In this document: piece by piece, positions 1-13,052 of the stretch
How the letters are laid out: each line of letters starts with the position of its first letter
Position numbering within the stretch: position 1 is the first letter of the stretch
DNA from: Callorhinchus milii
Lineage: Eukaryota
DNA: 64,000 nt
NCBI RefSeq assembly: GCF_018977255.1
Contig: NW_024704742.1
Coordinates: forward strand, 128,776,001 to 128,840,000
Reading direction: 5' to 3'
Position numbers and translations under genes: made by a program
Notes under the pieces: generated by a model
What the model saw: only the letters and a program-made list of their open reading frames with translations
What the model was told of the DNA's origin: nothing
Databases searched by the model: none

Positions 1-354
1 TTTGCAATGCATGCGATTCAGTCAACCTGGAATGCCAAGCAGGGATCACAAGTGCACTTTTGTATGAGTGTTATCTGACTGAACTGATACTTCAGGTCCT
101 CTTAAAGAAAATGTGTATCAAAATTAGTTTATCTTTTCTCTTTTTTCTCTTCGAATTTTCCTTTCCTCCCAGTTCAGAGGAGTGGAATACTTTAAATAGT
201 AATGTAAGATGTTTGGATTCGGAAAGATTTTGTTGTTAGTCACTGGCTTGTTTGCAAATAGAAAAATGGATGTTTTCCTATGAAAATAAACAATGTACTT
301 TTTACTTTGCAATTGCAATATTGCCATCTTTGAAGGAATTTGCTTACGGGGATC

Positions 355-640
355 TAATAATAATAATCCTTGCATTTGCTCTTGCACCTTATCACGTTGT
401 TGAAATGTCTCAAAGCGCTTCACAGAACACACTGCAAAGTGTATTGACTGTATTTTGTGGGTGAAACGTGGCAACCAATTGTGCTGTGTTTCACAAACAG
501 CCATGGACTGAGTGACCACATTTTTTTTTAAGAGGGGTCACTGCCCCCAGAAAGCGATCTGCCAATCGACCAACAACTAGGTTCCTACTTACTGCTAGAT
601 AAACAGAGGTATGTGGAGTTAGGAAACTTGCCTAAAGTAC
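355..640 (-). mobile_element. tRNA-derived SINE, long form (family A), 5'-truncated
   Basis: Reverse complement carries GGCAAGTTTCCT..CTCCAC..CCTCTGTTTA..AGCAGTAAGTAGGAACC body, the shared 3' module and the CAAATGCAAGG(ATT)n tail, as in the full copy at 35920-36284. Confidence 0.85.
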
Positions 641-1214
641 CCACTATGCTATGGAATTCCATCTTACACATTACGCCTCCCAGTAATTCCCAGTAACTAA
701 TGATACTCAGAGCAGGTAATAGTGACTCTGAGTTGCAAATAGCAGCTGCTGCTGCCCATCACTGGATTGCTCCAACCCTCTTAGAAATAGTTTGTGAGGG
801 GTCTAGGGGGTCGGCGAGATACGTTACCGTTTACCAACAGTAGTCGCTAATTCACAATTAAGTCTTATTACCAATTTGTCCTGTGGAGCCTAGCATACTG
901 AATCTCAATCTGTGTTGTGTTCAGAAACCCTCTCCTGGCAGAATTCTGTGGTGAGGATTCTCAGAGACAGGAAAGGAGTTTCTAAACAAAAAATGATAAT
1001 CTTTTGGAAGCCAGCAGAAGTCTTATACTGTTTGTGAGGGAGGTAACCAGGGTTTTGCCTTGCAACTGAGTTAGATCCAAAGTGACAAGCTTGGCAATGC
1101 AACGTCAGATTTGAGTCAAATCTTTGTAGTTGTGTTGGTAGTGCCTGAGCCAGACAAGTCCACAGCACTCCAGGGAACTGCTGATGACAGAGCAGAGACA
1201 CCCAGGATCATCAG

Positions 1215-1570
1215 CCGTCTCCCTTCAACAGTCTCCCTAAGGAACCTGTTCCACAGGTTCACTGTTCACTCACTGAAATAATGTTTTCATAACTTTGTTC
1301 TGAATTTAACCCCTTTCAATCGTAGGCTGTGTCCTCTGGTTTTACTATTCTGGACAAGTTAAAACATCATCATTTATATTGTTTTGCCCCTTTAGAATCT
1401 TAAAGACAGCAATCATGTCGCCTCTCAATCTTCTCTTTTCCAGCGTGAACATGCCCAATTTACATAGTCGCTCCTCATAGTCCAGTCCTTCCATTCCTCC
1501 CTCAATCAATTTGTTTGCTCTCCTCTGTATCTTCTCGATTTCTCCAATATCCTTTTTATACTGCGGCATT
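1215..1570 (-). mobile_element. CR1 LINE ORF2 C-terminal fragment
   Basis: ORF 1345..1650 contains PQYKKDIGEIEKIQRRANKLIEGGMEGLDYEERLCKLGMFTLEKRRLRGDMIAVFKI, the typical CR1 post-RT region. Similar to 57380-57990. Confidence 0.9.
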
Positions 1571-1657
1571 ACACTACACTTCACCGTAAATCCTGTGAAG
1601 TGCCTTGGAGAAACCAAACGAAATTTAGTGGAATTAGTGAAATAATTCAATTATTAT

Positions 1658-2350
1658 CAACAACAACAACAACAACTTGCATTTATGTAGCATCCTCCAG
1701 GCTGGGCGGCGTCTCAGAGCGCTTAACAATGGCGGAGCCTAAGGCCGAGCCATGGGGAGGGGGAAAGTGACCATAGGCGCGGTCGAAGAGGAAGCTCTTC
1801 AGGCATGACCTGAAGATGGGGAAGGAGGGGAAAGTGGGGCGAAGGGGCTGAGGAAGGGAGTTCCAAAGTTTTGGGGTGTAGTGGCTGAAGGCATGGCTGC
1901 CAATGGTGGAGCGGAGGATTCGAGGAACATGGAGCAGGCCGAACCCAGTAGAAAGGAGACAGCGGGTACTGCTGTGGGGAGAGAGGAGGTTAGAGAGGTA
2001 GGGGGATGCCAAGGAATGGAGGGATTTAAACACTAGAGTGAGGATCTTGAAGTCAATCTGCTCTGTGACAGGGAGCAGTAGAGATTGGCAAGGACTGGAG
2101 TGATCGGGGTACGAGGTTTGGTGCAGGTAAAAATGTGGGCGGCAGTTTTGAATGAGCTGAATTTTGTGAATAGTAGAGGAGGGGAGCCCGGCGAGGACGG
2201 CTTTAGAGTAGTCCAGCCAGTGACAAAGGAATGGACAAGGGTTGTGGCAGCTTTTGGGGTGAGATATTGTTGGAGACAGGCAATGTGGCGTTGGTGGAAG
2301 AAAGCGGTGCTGGTCAGGGACCGGATGTGGGGGAGGAAGGATAACTGTGG
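1658..2350 (-). mobile_element. L2 LINE 3' fragment, tail type B
   Basis: FKSLHSLASPYLSNLL...AFSHYTPKLWNSLP...FRSCLKSFLF is the L2 ORF2 C-terminus; ends in ATAAATGCAAG(TTG)n. Confidence 0.9.
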
Positions 2351-2559
2351 ATCATTTAAATGTTTAATAAGTCTACCTGGTCAGTTGTGACATGTTAGAA
2401 TTAGACAAAAGTCTGAAGTACAGATGACTTTTTGAGTTATTTTCACAACTTTTTTTTGGCACTTTATAATGCAGTTTGACTTATTAATGTTAATTTCCTT
2501 TCCTATGTCATTCCTCAGTGAACAGCTGCCATTCACCTAGACTTCCCTAAACAGAGGAA

Positions 2560-2768
2560 CAAAACAACATAGAAACAGGAGAAAGCCATATGTACCTCAA
2601 TTCCAATTACTTGCCTTTGCCCCATATCCTTTGATAACCTCACCTAACAGAAATCTATCCACCCCAGTCTTGAAAATTTCAATGCATCCAGCATCCTCAG
2701 CCTTTTGGGGGAAGAGAATTCCAGATTTCCACTACCCTTTGCGTGAAAAAAAGCTTCCTGATTTCAAT
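2560..2768 (-). mobile_element. CR1 LINE 3' end fragment
   Basis: GAATTCCAGATTTCCACTACCCTTTGCGTGAAAAA is the antisense of CR1 FFTQRVVEIWNSLP coding sequence. Confidence 0.75.
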
Positions 2769-3974
2769 GCAGACATGCAGAAGGAACTTATGAAACAGAC
2801 ATCAAAGGAAAACCTTGAGGATTAACGAGTAATTGTGAGTGATAGTGTGCTATAACTAACAGTTGGTGTCTATAATCAATTCCACTTATGCCAGTTTTCT
2901 TTCCACGGTGCATTCTTGCTCTTCAAAGTTAACTTGTACAGATTTTTCTTGGTATACTTCTTTCCGCCGTAGATTTCTTTGGCGCAGTTGCCAGCAAGTG
3001 ATTAAGCTACATTTGGTGTTACTTAATGTCATGGAAAACAGGATGGAATGAAAAACACTTACAAAATATTTTTTTTGTCAGAGTAATTTATAACTGTAGC
3101 AGTTATTTTATCATTCCTTTTTCCAATTTCCCTTGGTTTGCTAACATGCAGTGTTCTAGTAGCAGCTGGAGCAATGTGATAGTGTTCAGGATCCAAGGGT
3201 AACTCTTAAGCTTTTCAAGGGTAGGTTAGAATACCTTTTATGCAACAGCTCTTGAAATATATATTTTGATTTTGCATTATACCAGCCTAATTTTTGGAAT
3301 GCTGCTAAGGTACTCTGCATCTTTGTTTTGCAGGAACCCAGGAAATATTGTTACTATTCTAATTTTACAACACTGCAAAATGATTGATTTACCTTCAATT
3401 GAAATAATCTTTCTTCTCTCTCTTAACTCTTTGTGTGACATTCCTCAACTACAGTGGAAACAAAGCTGTAGAGAAAAAGAACAAAGACTCCTCTATGAAC
3501 CTCGACAATGCATTTTGGGAGATATCTTGTCCTGGCCAACAATGCCTCAGATAAAATTGGTCATTTCACTATATGGCTGTTTGTGGGACATTGTTCTTTA
3601 AATTGGTTGCCTTGTTCACTTACAGAATGTAGTCACTACACTTTACACTAAATCCTGTGAAGCGCATTCTGGCGTCCTCCAAACGTGAAAGATACGATAT
3701 CAAATGCAAGGATTATTATTACATTGAATTGTGTTGTGATATTATTATTCATTCAAGTGATTGGCAAAGATTTAGATCAAACTAATCAATTAAATTCATG
3801 AATTGCGAAGTGATCTACTCACTCCAATGACTGTCGATCACAACATTATTGGGGCAAATATTTTCAATTTGCTTCATATTTGGGATGTTATTTTTTATTA
3901 CATTAGCTTGTTGTCCAAAAGCCAAAAGAACAATAATATTCCTTGCTTTTCATGTAGTACCCATAATATCAAAC

Positions 3975-4315
3975 ATTTCAAAGCTGTCGTCAAGTGTATT
4001 TATAGGCAAACACAGTAGCCAATTTGCTCACAGCAGTGCCCCACAAGCAGTTAAGAAGTGAATGACTAATTTATCTGGGGAATTGTTGCGTCAGGACAGC
4101 AGGAGAAACTTTCTTCTCTTTTCAAACAGTGCCAACTTTAGCATCCAATGGAAATGGTAGATTGGATCTTGATTTAACATCTCATCCACAGGTACCTTGA
4201 CAATGCAATACCCCAGCATTGCACTAGAGTGTCTCCCTAGACTTAGCTTAAGTCACAAAGGGGGCCTGAACTCACAATCTCCTGACGCAGAAGCGACAGT
4301 GCAACCAATTGAGTG
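3975..4315 (-). mobile_element. Deu-domain tRNA SINE (family B), decayed
   Basis: TTCTCTTTTCAAA..GCCA, TTTAACATCTCATCC, CAATGCA..CAGCATTGCACT..AGTGTC..CCTAGAC match the other family B copies. Confidence 0.75.
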
Positions 4316-4364
4316 TTATTTTAGCTCTGATGTAGGATTAAGTTGAGAGAACTAATGATGAAAC

Positions 4365-4942
4365 ACTGTTTATGCAAACGCCCTGCTTGTTGGCATTCCC
4401 AACTCCTCCCTCCACAGGCTGCAGACAATCCAGAACTCTGCAGCCCGTGTCCTCTCCCGCACCAAACTCTGTGACCCCATCTCCCCCACTCTCACCCAAC
4501 TCCATTGGCTCCCTATCCTTCAGAGGATCCAGTTCAAGATCCTGGTCCTCACCTACAAAGCCCTCCATGGCCTCGCCCAACCCTACCTCTGCGACCTCCT
4601 AATCCCCTACCAACCCACCCGCTCCTTCCACTCAGCCGGCTCCAGCCTGCTCCACGTCCCCCGCCCCACCCGCCCCACCATTGGCGGCAGAGCCTTCAGC
4701 CACTCTGCCCCCACCCGCTGGAATTCCATCCCCCAATCACTCCGCCTCACCCCCTCCTTAGCCTCCCTCATGTCCTGCCTCAAGATCCTCCTCTTCGACC
4801 ATGCCATCGGCCACCCCCACTTCCCCTCCCCTCCCTGCCCCCAAAACCCCAGCTCGGGTCTGAAATGCTATACTATGTCCAGCACCTTGGGACGTCCTCC
4901 CGACCTGAAAGGCGCTTTACAAATATAGCCTTGTTGTTGTTT
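4365..4942 (+). mobile_element. L2 LINE 3' fragment, tail type A
   Basis: LHWLPILQRIQFKILVLTYKALHGLAQPYLCDLL coding; 3' hairpin CCTTGGGACGTCCTCCCGACCTGAAAGGCGCT; (TTG)n end. Confidence 0.92.
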
Positions 4943-5754
4943 AAAAATTGTTTTTTTTGAGTTCATACCATTTAAAGGATTGGAACTGTCCATCTTGACT
5001 AAACAATTGTTGTGTTTGTATTATCTATTACTGTTGCAGTGAGCTCCGTGATATAGTTGAATTAACAGAACATGTTGGAATCTAACTTTGCCTTTTTTAC
5101 CCGAGTTAACATAGTGACTGACTTCAAACGTTATTTAACAAGTTAAACTGACATTTGTAATCATTTACTGCACGAGGTGTAGCCAGAAGCAGATAGGTGA
5201 CTGGAAGAAATTCCTTTCTCTTTTCAAGTAGTGGCAAGGAATCTTTGACGGACGTCCACCTGAACAACTATAGATAGGATCTCTTATTAACACCTCATCC
5301 GAACGACAGCACATCCAACAACGCAGCACACCCCTAGCATTGCATTGGGAGTCAACCCTAGACTGTGAGTTCAAAGTCCTGACTATGGGTTGCAGACCCG
5401 ATGCTCTTTCTGAATCCTGGGATTCGGGATTTTAATGCCTCAAATCCAGCGATCTCGAGATAGTACAGTGTACATTTAGATAGTTTGTTGCAGGTAGCAA
5501 TCTCAGCGATCTTCAATTGTGATGTTATGTCTAGGTTTTTTTTAACCTTCACTGAGTTATGAACTACGATGGATACAAGTGCAGACCTGATACCGTATAA
5601 TATAAATTATTTCTACTGGGTTACGTTGCAATTTGAGGGATTATCCAAAAACATTAGCAACTCTTTGAAATTGCTACAATCTATTTCTTATATGTTTGCA
5701 ATCAGAGATGGTGTCAGGAACATCAGGACTGTTAGACTGTGTTAAATAAACACG

Positions 5755-6080
5755 TCAGTATTTCGCAAACGTGAGGACCTGGGTTCAATTCCCGGGCAGG
5801 GCGAAACCTTTAGGCAAAGGAACCCAGTTATATTTGATTGGCGGATTGCCTTTCCGGAGGTAACAATCCCTTCCGAAAAATAAATAATAATTCAGTCACT
5901 CAATTCACGACTGTTTGTGGGACAATGCTGGCACAATTGGCTGCCGCGTTTTGCCCACAAAATATACAGTCAATTCACTTTACAGTATTTTATGTGAAGC
6001 GCATTGAGATGTCTCAAGGACATGATAAGGTGCTATATCAAATGCAAAGATTATTATAATAGTATTATTATTATTATTAT
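5755..6080 (+). mobile_element. tRNA-derived SINE family A with internal deletion
   Basis: B-box GGGTTCAATTCCC, GGCAGGGCGAAACCTT, shared 3' module, (ATT)n tail. Confidence 0.85.
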
Positions 6081-7954
6081 ATAAAGCTTCTGTTATGGAA
6101 ATAAATGACTTTATAACTTACCAGAGTAGATTTTCGGGTAAATAAAATTACATGGAAAATCAATGCGCTGTCATCTTTAGCACAAAGTATGTTACAGCTA
6201 ATTATTTGCAATCCGATGTTATAAAGCTATCAACGTGTCACATTGTCTCTGTGTAGGGTGCATGGGAGAGCAATATAATTGCCTTCAAATCTCATTATAA
6301 AGTTTGGCAAACCTCGCAAGAGATTCTAGCCAGCAAGTAAATGGAGTCAGTAAGGTTTTGTATTATGTGTCAGAAATGCAGTCTTATCCAGAATTGATCT
6401 CCAACTCAGAGTTAAAGAAACCTGGAAAGTGGTAACTGGACAGAAACTATTGCTGTGAGTTACCTGGTGGGCTGTAACCTAGTTAAAAAGTTACTTTGGG
6501 GCAATTCTTATTTTTTTCTATGTTATTCACTTGGAATGCTAAAGATCCTATGACATCCCATCCAAATCCCTGACTGTTCAGCGCCTTAGAACGTTCTCCA
6601 GACATGAAAGGTGCTATACAAATTTTGTATTGTATTATACTTCCCCACTCAAAAAGAGAAGGGAGTTATTCCCGGTGTCCTGGTCATGAATCCACTACTT
6701 GATTGATCATTCACCTCATGTTTGTGGGATATTGTTGTGCACAAGTTGGAGGCCACATTATCCTACAAATGCACGGTGACTAACTACACTCATCCTGTGA
6801 AGCGCTCCTGACTTGAAAGAGGCTGCTTTAAATTCAAGCATTCTAATTCAGTAAGATAATACTGGGGTCAAATCTGTGATATTTCTAAACAAAATGAATT
6901 TTGTGATCACCCCCTGATCCTGTACTGTCCAGTGCCTTGGAATGTCCTCCTGACGTGAAAGGCGCTATACAAATGTAATCTTGTTGTTGTTGTTGTTGTT
7001 GACTCATGCTGTAGAGTGCTCTGAGGCACAACAAGGGGGCTACCCAGAACCCAGAGCCAGTGCAGAGGAGAGCAACAGGGATATTGATCAGTATCAGCAT
7101 TCCTACATAGAAACATTTACTGTTTTAACTTAAAAACCCTTTAACTCTTTCAGAGTAAATCCATTGAAATTGAGACCCTGACGATTTTTAATAAGCTTTT
7201 TGCCACACAGAATGTTCCTTTCTGCTCACACAAGGATAGGAAGTTTATGTCAACTACTTTTTTTGCAATTGCCAAGAAATCAGAAAAGGCTTGACCAATT
7301 CACAATGTCACATTCCTCCACAAACTTACTAAAAAAGAGAAAAAGCAAACAAACTCTAAATTGTAACAGTGGCCTTGATAATACAGGAAGTGTTTCTGGG
7401 GCTTGCTTTGTGCCGTTGATGTAAATGATAGTTGTTTTCAGATTACAATTAATAATAGTCACAGGAAGTATCGCATGTTACAGGAAGAAGTTGCTCACCA
7501 ACCCATTAAGATCAGCTTCAGCTGCAAGAATATTTACCAACTTTCTTTGTTGGAAGAAGCATTTGTTGTTAACAAACATTAACTCCTCCAGTCCCTTAGT
7601 TCAATGTGTAACTGTAACAGATAAATAGATTCATCCAACTAACTTTGCCAGTACGTGCACAGAAGTCACAACTAAACCGTCCCAGGTCTTACCGCTCACA
7701 GTAAATGGGGTGAGGACTCGTATAGAATATAAACAGTGGCATAGACTGTTTAATAATAATGATAATTCTTGATACAGCGCCTTATCACACTGTCAAGATG
7801 ACTCAAAGCTTTTCACAAGATTTATGGTAAAGTGCCATAACTGTGTATTTTGGGGGCGAATCCAGCAGCCAATTTGCAATGTCCCATGAACAGGCTATGG
7901 GGATTGAACTCACAGCCTTTCGACTCAGAGGTGAGAGTTTGACCAACTAAGCCA

Positions 7955-8210
7955 ACAACAACAAATCACATTTGTACAGCGTCTTTCAACTCAGGAGGAC
8001 ATCTCAAGGTGCTGGACAGTCAGGGATCCGCTCTCTAGCTGGTGGTTGGGATCAGTAGGGGTGGAGGACGAGGAGGGTAGGGGTAGGAGTGTGACCGAAG
8101 GCATGGTCAAAGAGGAGGGTCTTGAGATGGGTTTTGAAGGCGGTAAGGTAGGGGGAGAGGTGGAGGGAACTATGGGATGGAGTTCCATAGGATGCGGGCC
8201 GAGAGGTCGG
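7955..8210 (-). mobile_element. L2 LINE 3' end fragment
   Basis: GTGACCGAAGGCATGGTCAAAGAGGAGGGTCTTGAG and GGGATGGAGTTCCA are antisense to the L2 3' end at 23250-23470. Confidence 0.85.
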
Positions 8211-8394
8211 GCGGACAAGGCGGGGGTTGGTTTGAATGGCCTGTTCCTATATGTTATTGAATGTAAATAAAAATAGTCAGGCATTATCTCCCAATTACTA
8301 AACTGTGCTGGAGTTCCCTTATTCATTTTTTTCTGATTATTCCATGACAATATCACTTATTATGACCTCAAACAACTTCCCCACAACTGATGTG

Positions 8395-8625
8395 AAACTC
8401 ACTGACCTATTGCTTCCTCTCTTTTCCCTTTCTTAAATATCAGCGTAACATCTGTCACTTTCCAGGCCCTTGGGACAATCCTTCTGTTTATGGACTTCTG
8501 GACAATGATAGTCAGAGCTTCTATTACTTCATAATTAGCTTCATACAAGGTTCTTGGATACATCGCATCGAGACACGGAGATCTTTCCTCTTTAATTCCC
8601 ATAACCCCTTTTCTCACCATTTTCT
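8395..8625 (-). mobile_element. CR1 LINE ORF2 fragment upstream of the RT core
   Basis: SPCLDAMYPRTLYEANYEVIEALTIIVQKS...VPRAWKVTDVTLIFKKGKREE resembles the CR1 SPGPDG.HPRVL...VP.DWK.ANV.PIFKKG motif. Confidence 0.88.
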
Positions 8626-9974
8626 TTTTAATCTCTACATATCCTTAGAATCAATAAAAGTTTATATAATATATTCAACCCTTTCAGTATTGGTAACTTC
8701 AGGAACAGGTTTGATATATCGCTTTTCACGTCTTTTAAATATCTCAAAGCACTTCACAAAATATACTGCAAAATGAATTTGACTGTATATTTGTAGGCGA
8801 ATATTTGCAGCCACTTGCATACAGCAGTGTCCCATAAACAATCATGTATTGAAGCGAACACATTTTATTATTGTTTTTTTTTCTTGAGGGATTATTATCA
8901 GGCATGTGAAGTAAGGAAACTTGCCCAAGGTTTCGAACCCAGGTCTTGCGCTTGCGAGGCGAGTGCTCTAACCACTGAGCTAAGTTATTATATCAAATGC
9001 AAGGATTATTATTATATACATTATCACTATAAGAAATGCCATGGTGGTCTATTGTGATATTATGGGTAAGGCTGTGTCTTTTTCCACAACTGCTGTTTTA
9101 TTTTGCTGAAGTACGTAAATTGCATACTCACAGATTCCTGACAGGAATCAGTTTAGTTTAAAACACCGGATAACCATGCAGGTCAACGCATGTTACTTGT
9201 CTTACTGTGTAATTAATGCCTCTCTACTGAGGCAAGCAGCAAGGCGAACAAAATTTAGCTGCTTAGTGCAAGCAATGTGCTTGGAGCGGGAAATGAACTG
9301 CAGATTGATTTTTAAGCTGTTAACAAGTGAATGCAAGGAACTCATGGAAATGAAACTTCCTAATAGCATTTCCTCATCATTTTTTTTCTGATGTTTATTT
9401 CCTATGTTGATGCCTAGTAAAATGAAGGCATGGTTTCAGCGCTCAACCTGAGTGGTTTTGGCTTCACTTTGCATACACAATGTTCCCATTGGGAAGTAAT
9501 TCTGATAAGACAATACATAAACTCTTGCTAGCATTTTATGAAGACCAACGTAAATGCAAAGGGGTAGAAGTTAAAGGTAATCATTTTCAATAGTTATAGT
9601 TAATAAAGTTGTGGGACACTGCTGCACACAATTGGCTGCTCCATTTCGCCCACAAAATATATACAGTCTTTATAGTATATTCTGTGAATACGCTGTGAGA
9701 TGTCTTGAAGACGTGATGAGGCACTATATCAAATGCAAGGATTATTACTATACTGACTTAGTATGTTTCCCTATTGAGTACGGTAATCGGTAATCACTGC
9801 CTAAAGAGAAGCATTTCTTGAACAGAAACCAACTATTGCGAGCAGTACATGAGTACAGCAGATTCTGTGATTCCTTACAGAATATGTTGGGTAAATCAAT
9901 GCCAGGCTTATTATTGTGCTCTGAGATCAGTCAACCTTGTAACCAGTTAGACAATCCAAGTAATAATACTACTA

Positions 9975-10280
9975 ATAATTATAATAATCCTTGCATTTGA
10001 TATAGTGCTTTTTCATGTCTTCTAGATGTCTCAAAGCGCTTCACAGAATATACTGTAAACTGAATTGACTGTACATTTGTGGGGAAAACGTGGCAGCCAA
10101 TTGCGCACAGCAGTGTCCCACAAACAGTCGTGAATTGAGTGACCAAATTATTATTTTATTTTGAGGGATTGTTATCTCCAGAAAAGTGATTTGCCAATCA
10201 ACTAACAACTAGGTTTCTACTTACTGCTAGGTTAACAGAGGCGTGTTGAGTAAGGAAACTTGCCCAACATTTCTCCCTTA
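9975..10280 (-). mobile_element. tRNA-derived SINE family A, 5'-truncated
   Basis: Same body and tail as 35920-36284, reverse orientation. Confidence 0.88.
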
Positions 10281-10477
10281 TTCACAAACCCATCACCTTG
10301 CTTAATCATATCCATCTGGATGGAAGATATCAAATGGGCTGAAGTGCCCTTCTTCATTCAAACCTCTTTTGTGAATGTGTTTTTTTTTAAAAAAAGAAAT
10401 ATCTTCCTTTGACTAATTCTCAAATAACCTTGACTTGTGATCTACAAAACAAACTACAAAATAAAAAGAGGTGTATA

Positions 10478-10881
10478 ATTTCCATTACAAGTGTAATTTA
10501 ATTGCTGCACTTTTATATTCACCTTAAATTGCTTTAATAATGATAACAATCCTTGAATTAGATATAGCGCCTTATGCCTTTGAGATGTGAATTGACTTAT
10601 ATTTTGTGGGCGAAACACGACAGCCAATTATGCACAGCAGTGACCCAAAAACAATCAGGATTGAGTGACTAAATTGTTATTATTATTCATTAATTTATTT
10701 TTTTGAATGCATCGGAAACGCGATCTGCCAATCAACTAACAACTGGGTTCTTACTTACTGCTGGGTGAACAGAGGCGTGTGGAGTAAGGAAACTTGACCA
10801 ACATTTCACCCTGCCTGGAATCGAACCCAGGTCCTCTCGCTTGTTAGGCAAGTGCTCTATCCACTAAGCTACAGGATTCCA
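10478..10881 (-). mobile_element. tRNA-derived SINE family A, full length
   Basis: Reverse complement starts TGGAATCCTGTAGCTTAGTGG (A box), has GGGTTCGATTCC (B box), central body and tail. Confidence 0.9.
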
Positions 10882-12592
10882 CAATGATTTGGAGAATCCT
10901 AGAAGTATAAAATAGTAAAGCATAAAAAGTTTTAAGTACTCATTCTAAGTTTTCAAAGTGATAATTAGTTAATTTAATATTTCCAAAATGTATGTTAGGA
11001 GTAATCAGCATAACACACGGCAAAATGTTAAAATATATTATTAAGTATATTTATTGAAAACTATACAACATTAATTCTAACATTCTAGAAATGAATGAAT
11101 GGTTCATGTTGAAATGACCATTTTAAAGGGACTTGTTCATTCACTGAATGTTTTCAGTCAATTGAAACTGTTTTCAACAATGCCTTTCAAATTTAAGGTC
11201 ACATCTCAAGGTCATTTGAGTATTTGTCAAAGGAAGTTATTCTTTTTAAATTGAGAAACCTAGCTGAAAAGCGAATGCTCCTAGCATTGCACAGCTACAA
11301 GACTGAAAAGACTAGGAGATATGTTTACAAGAAGTGGGTTGACATTGTATTCCTGCGAATTGTGGAGCAAAGGGAGAACTAAGGATATGAAAGGGCTTTT
11401 GGAAGCTTGAGTCATGGGGAAAAATAATTTAGAACAGGGAGGTGGGGTGGAAGTATATTATATTGTGGCAAACATATGATATCTTTGTACAGAGAAAAGG
11501 CTCACTAAAAACTAGTCTAATGGCATGAGGTCTTTGAGAAAGATTTTGAGGTTATATTTGTATCATTCTTTACTAAAGCAGTTTACTGAAAATTGGAAAA
11601 TTGACTTCTGGGAAAAATTCCAAAGCTATACAAGGATAATTTTTAAACTTGAATCCACACTTTACAGTAAATTCTGTGAAGCGATTTGAGGCATCCTCCC
11701 AACGTGAAAGCCATTATATCAAATGTAAGGATTATTATTGTATTTATGCCATACGTTAAGATGTACACATTACACTTCTGCAGAATGTAAGAACTATTAC
11801 TATCCAAATTTGGAACGCACTTTTAATGTCATTTTGCACTGCCTATTAATTTGTATCTTAAGGTCATCCTTGTATTCGTTTAAAGGAAATGTTGGATTTT
11901 TAACTATTAAGAAACCACTGGGTAAAGGTTAGTCCTTGCCTTTGATATAGGCAAAAAGACGTTCCCAAAGTTCATGTTGGGAGCTGCTTTTTTGCCTGTC
12001 TTCAAACCACACCTGAAGATTTTTCCCTTCGACTGTGGATCAGTCACCTCTCCTATCTTTCCGGCTCAGTGTCCAGCTATGCTACTGTTAAGTGCATATG
12101 GAAAGGGCACAAAAAAAACACAAGTTGTTGTTGAGCAGGCAGGTAGCATCTTAGTTTAATATCTCATCCAAAGTACAGCACCTCCAACAATGCAACATTT
12201 AACAGCCTGTCAGCCTAGACTGTGAGTTCAAAGTCTCAATATGAACCCACAACTTTATGCCTTGAACCCACAAACTGAGCCAGATTGACACCTCGTTATT
12301 AGTGTGGGTTGTGAATAGGTTCTGGGAATTCTAGTTCAAAAAGGAAGAAAGCACTTAAGAGTTCATAGTAGGCAGTCTGCCAAGTCCTATTTCCTACCGA
12401 AGAATTTTGAACACAATCCGTTCAGGAACAGCTAATGTGTTTGGCTAATGAGTTCATTTTGGACCCAAACAAAAAAATAAACAAACTTGAAGATCAAAGC
12501 TGAACCAGCAAAGGATGTTCTAAATTATAATGACACTGACTTGAACAGATTTGGAGAGTTTGCCTTGTAATCTATTTGACCTGAGTTTCAAA

Positions 12593-13052
12593 AACAACTT
12601 GCATTTATATTGTGCTCTTCACACGTGGTAGTCTCCTGGAGTGCTTGACAGTGGTGGAGTCTGACACTGAACCAGGGGGAGAGGGAGGGAGAAGGTGACC
12701 ATAAGCACAATCAAAAAGGAAGGTCTTTCGGCAGGATTTGAACGTGGGGAGGGGGCAAGGTTGAGGGATTGAGGGAGAATGTTCCAGAGTTTCAGAGCAT
12801 AGTGGCTGAAGGCACGGCCACCGATGGTGGAATGAAGGGGGCGAGGGGCAAACAGGAGGCCGGAGCATGCCAAATGGAGGCAGCGTGTGATGGATTAGGG
12901 GGTAAGCAGGTCGGATAGGTAGGGAAGTACTAGGGCATGAAGGGATTTGAAAATGAGTGAGAGGATCTTGAAGTTGATCTGTTTGGTAATTGGCAGTCAG
13001 TGGAGCCTGGCAAGGACTGGTGTGATGGGGTTACAGACTCTTGTACGGGTGA
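12593..13052 (-). mobile_element. L2 LINE 3' fragment, tail type B
   Basis: [23 protein letters not shown]; tail ATAAATGCAAGTTGTT. Confidence 0.88.

Noticed and set aside
1181..1200. Other CTGANGA hits (1181, 7178, 24182, 28286, 52451)
   Set aside because: No stem II plus GAAA at hammerhead spacing.
4505..4960. Proline-rich ORFs in C-rich blocks
   Set aside because: Alternative frames of C-rich L2 sequence.
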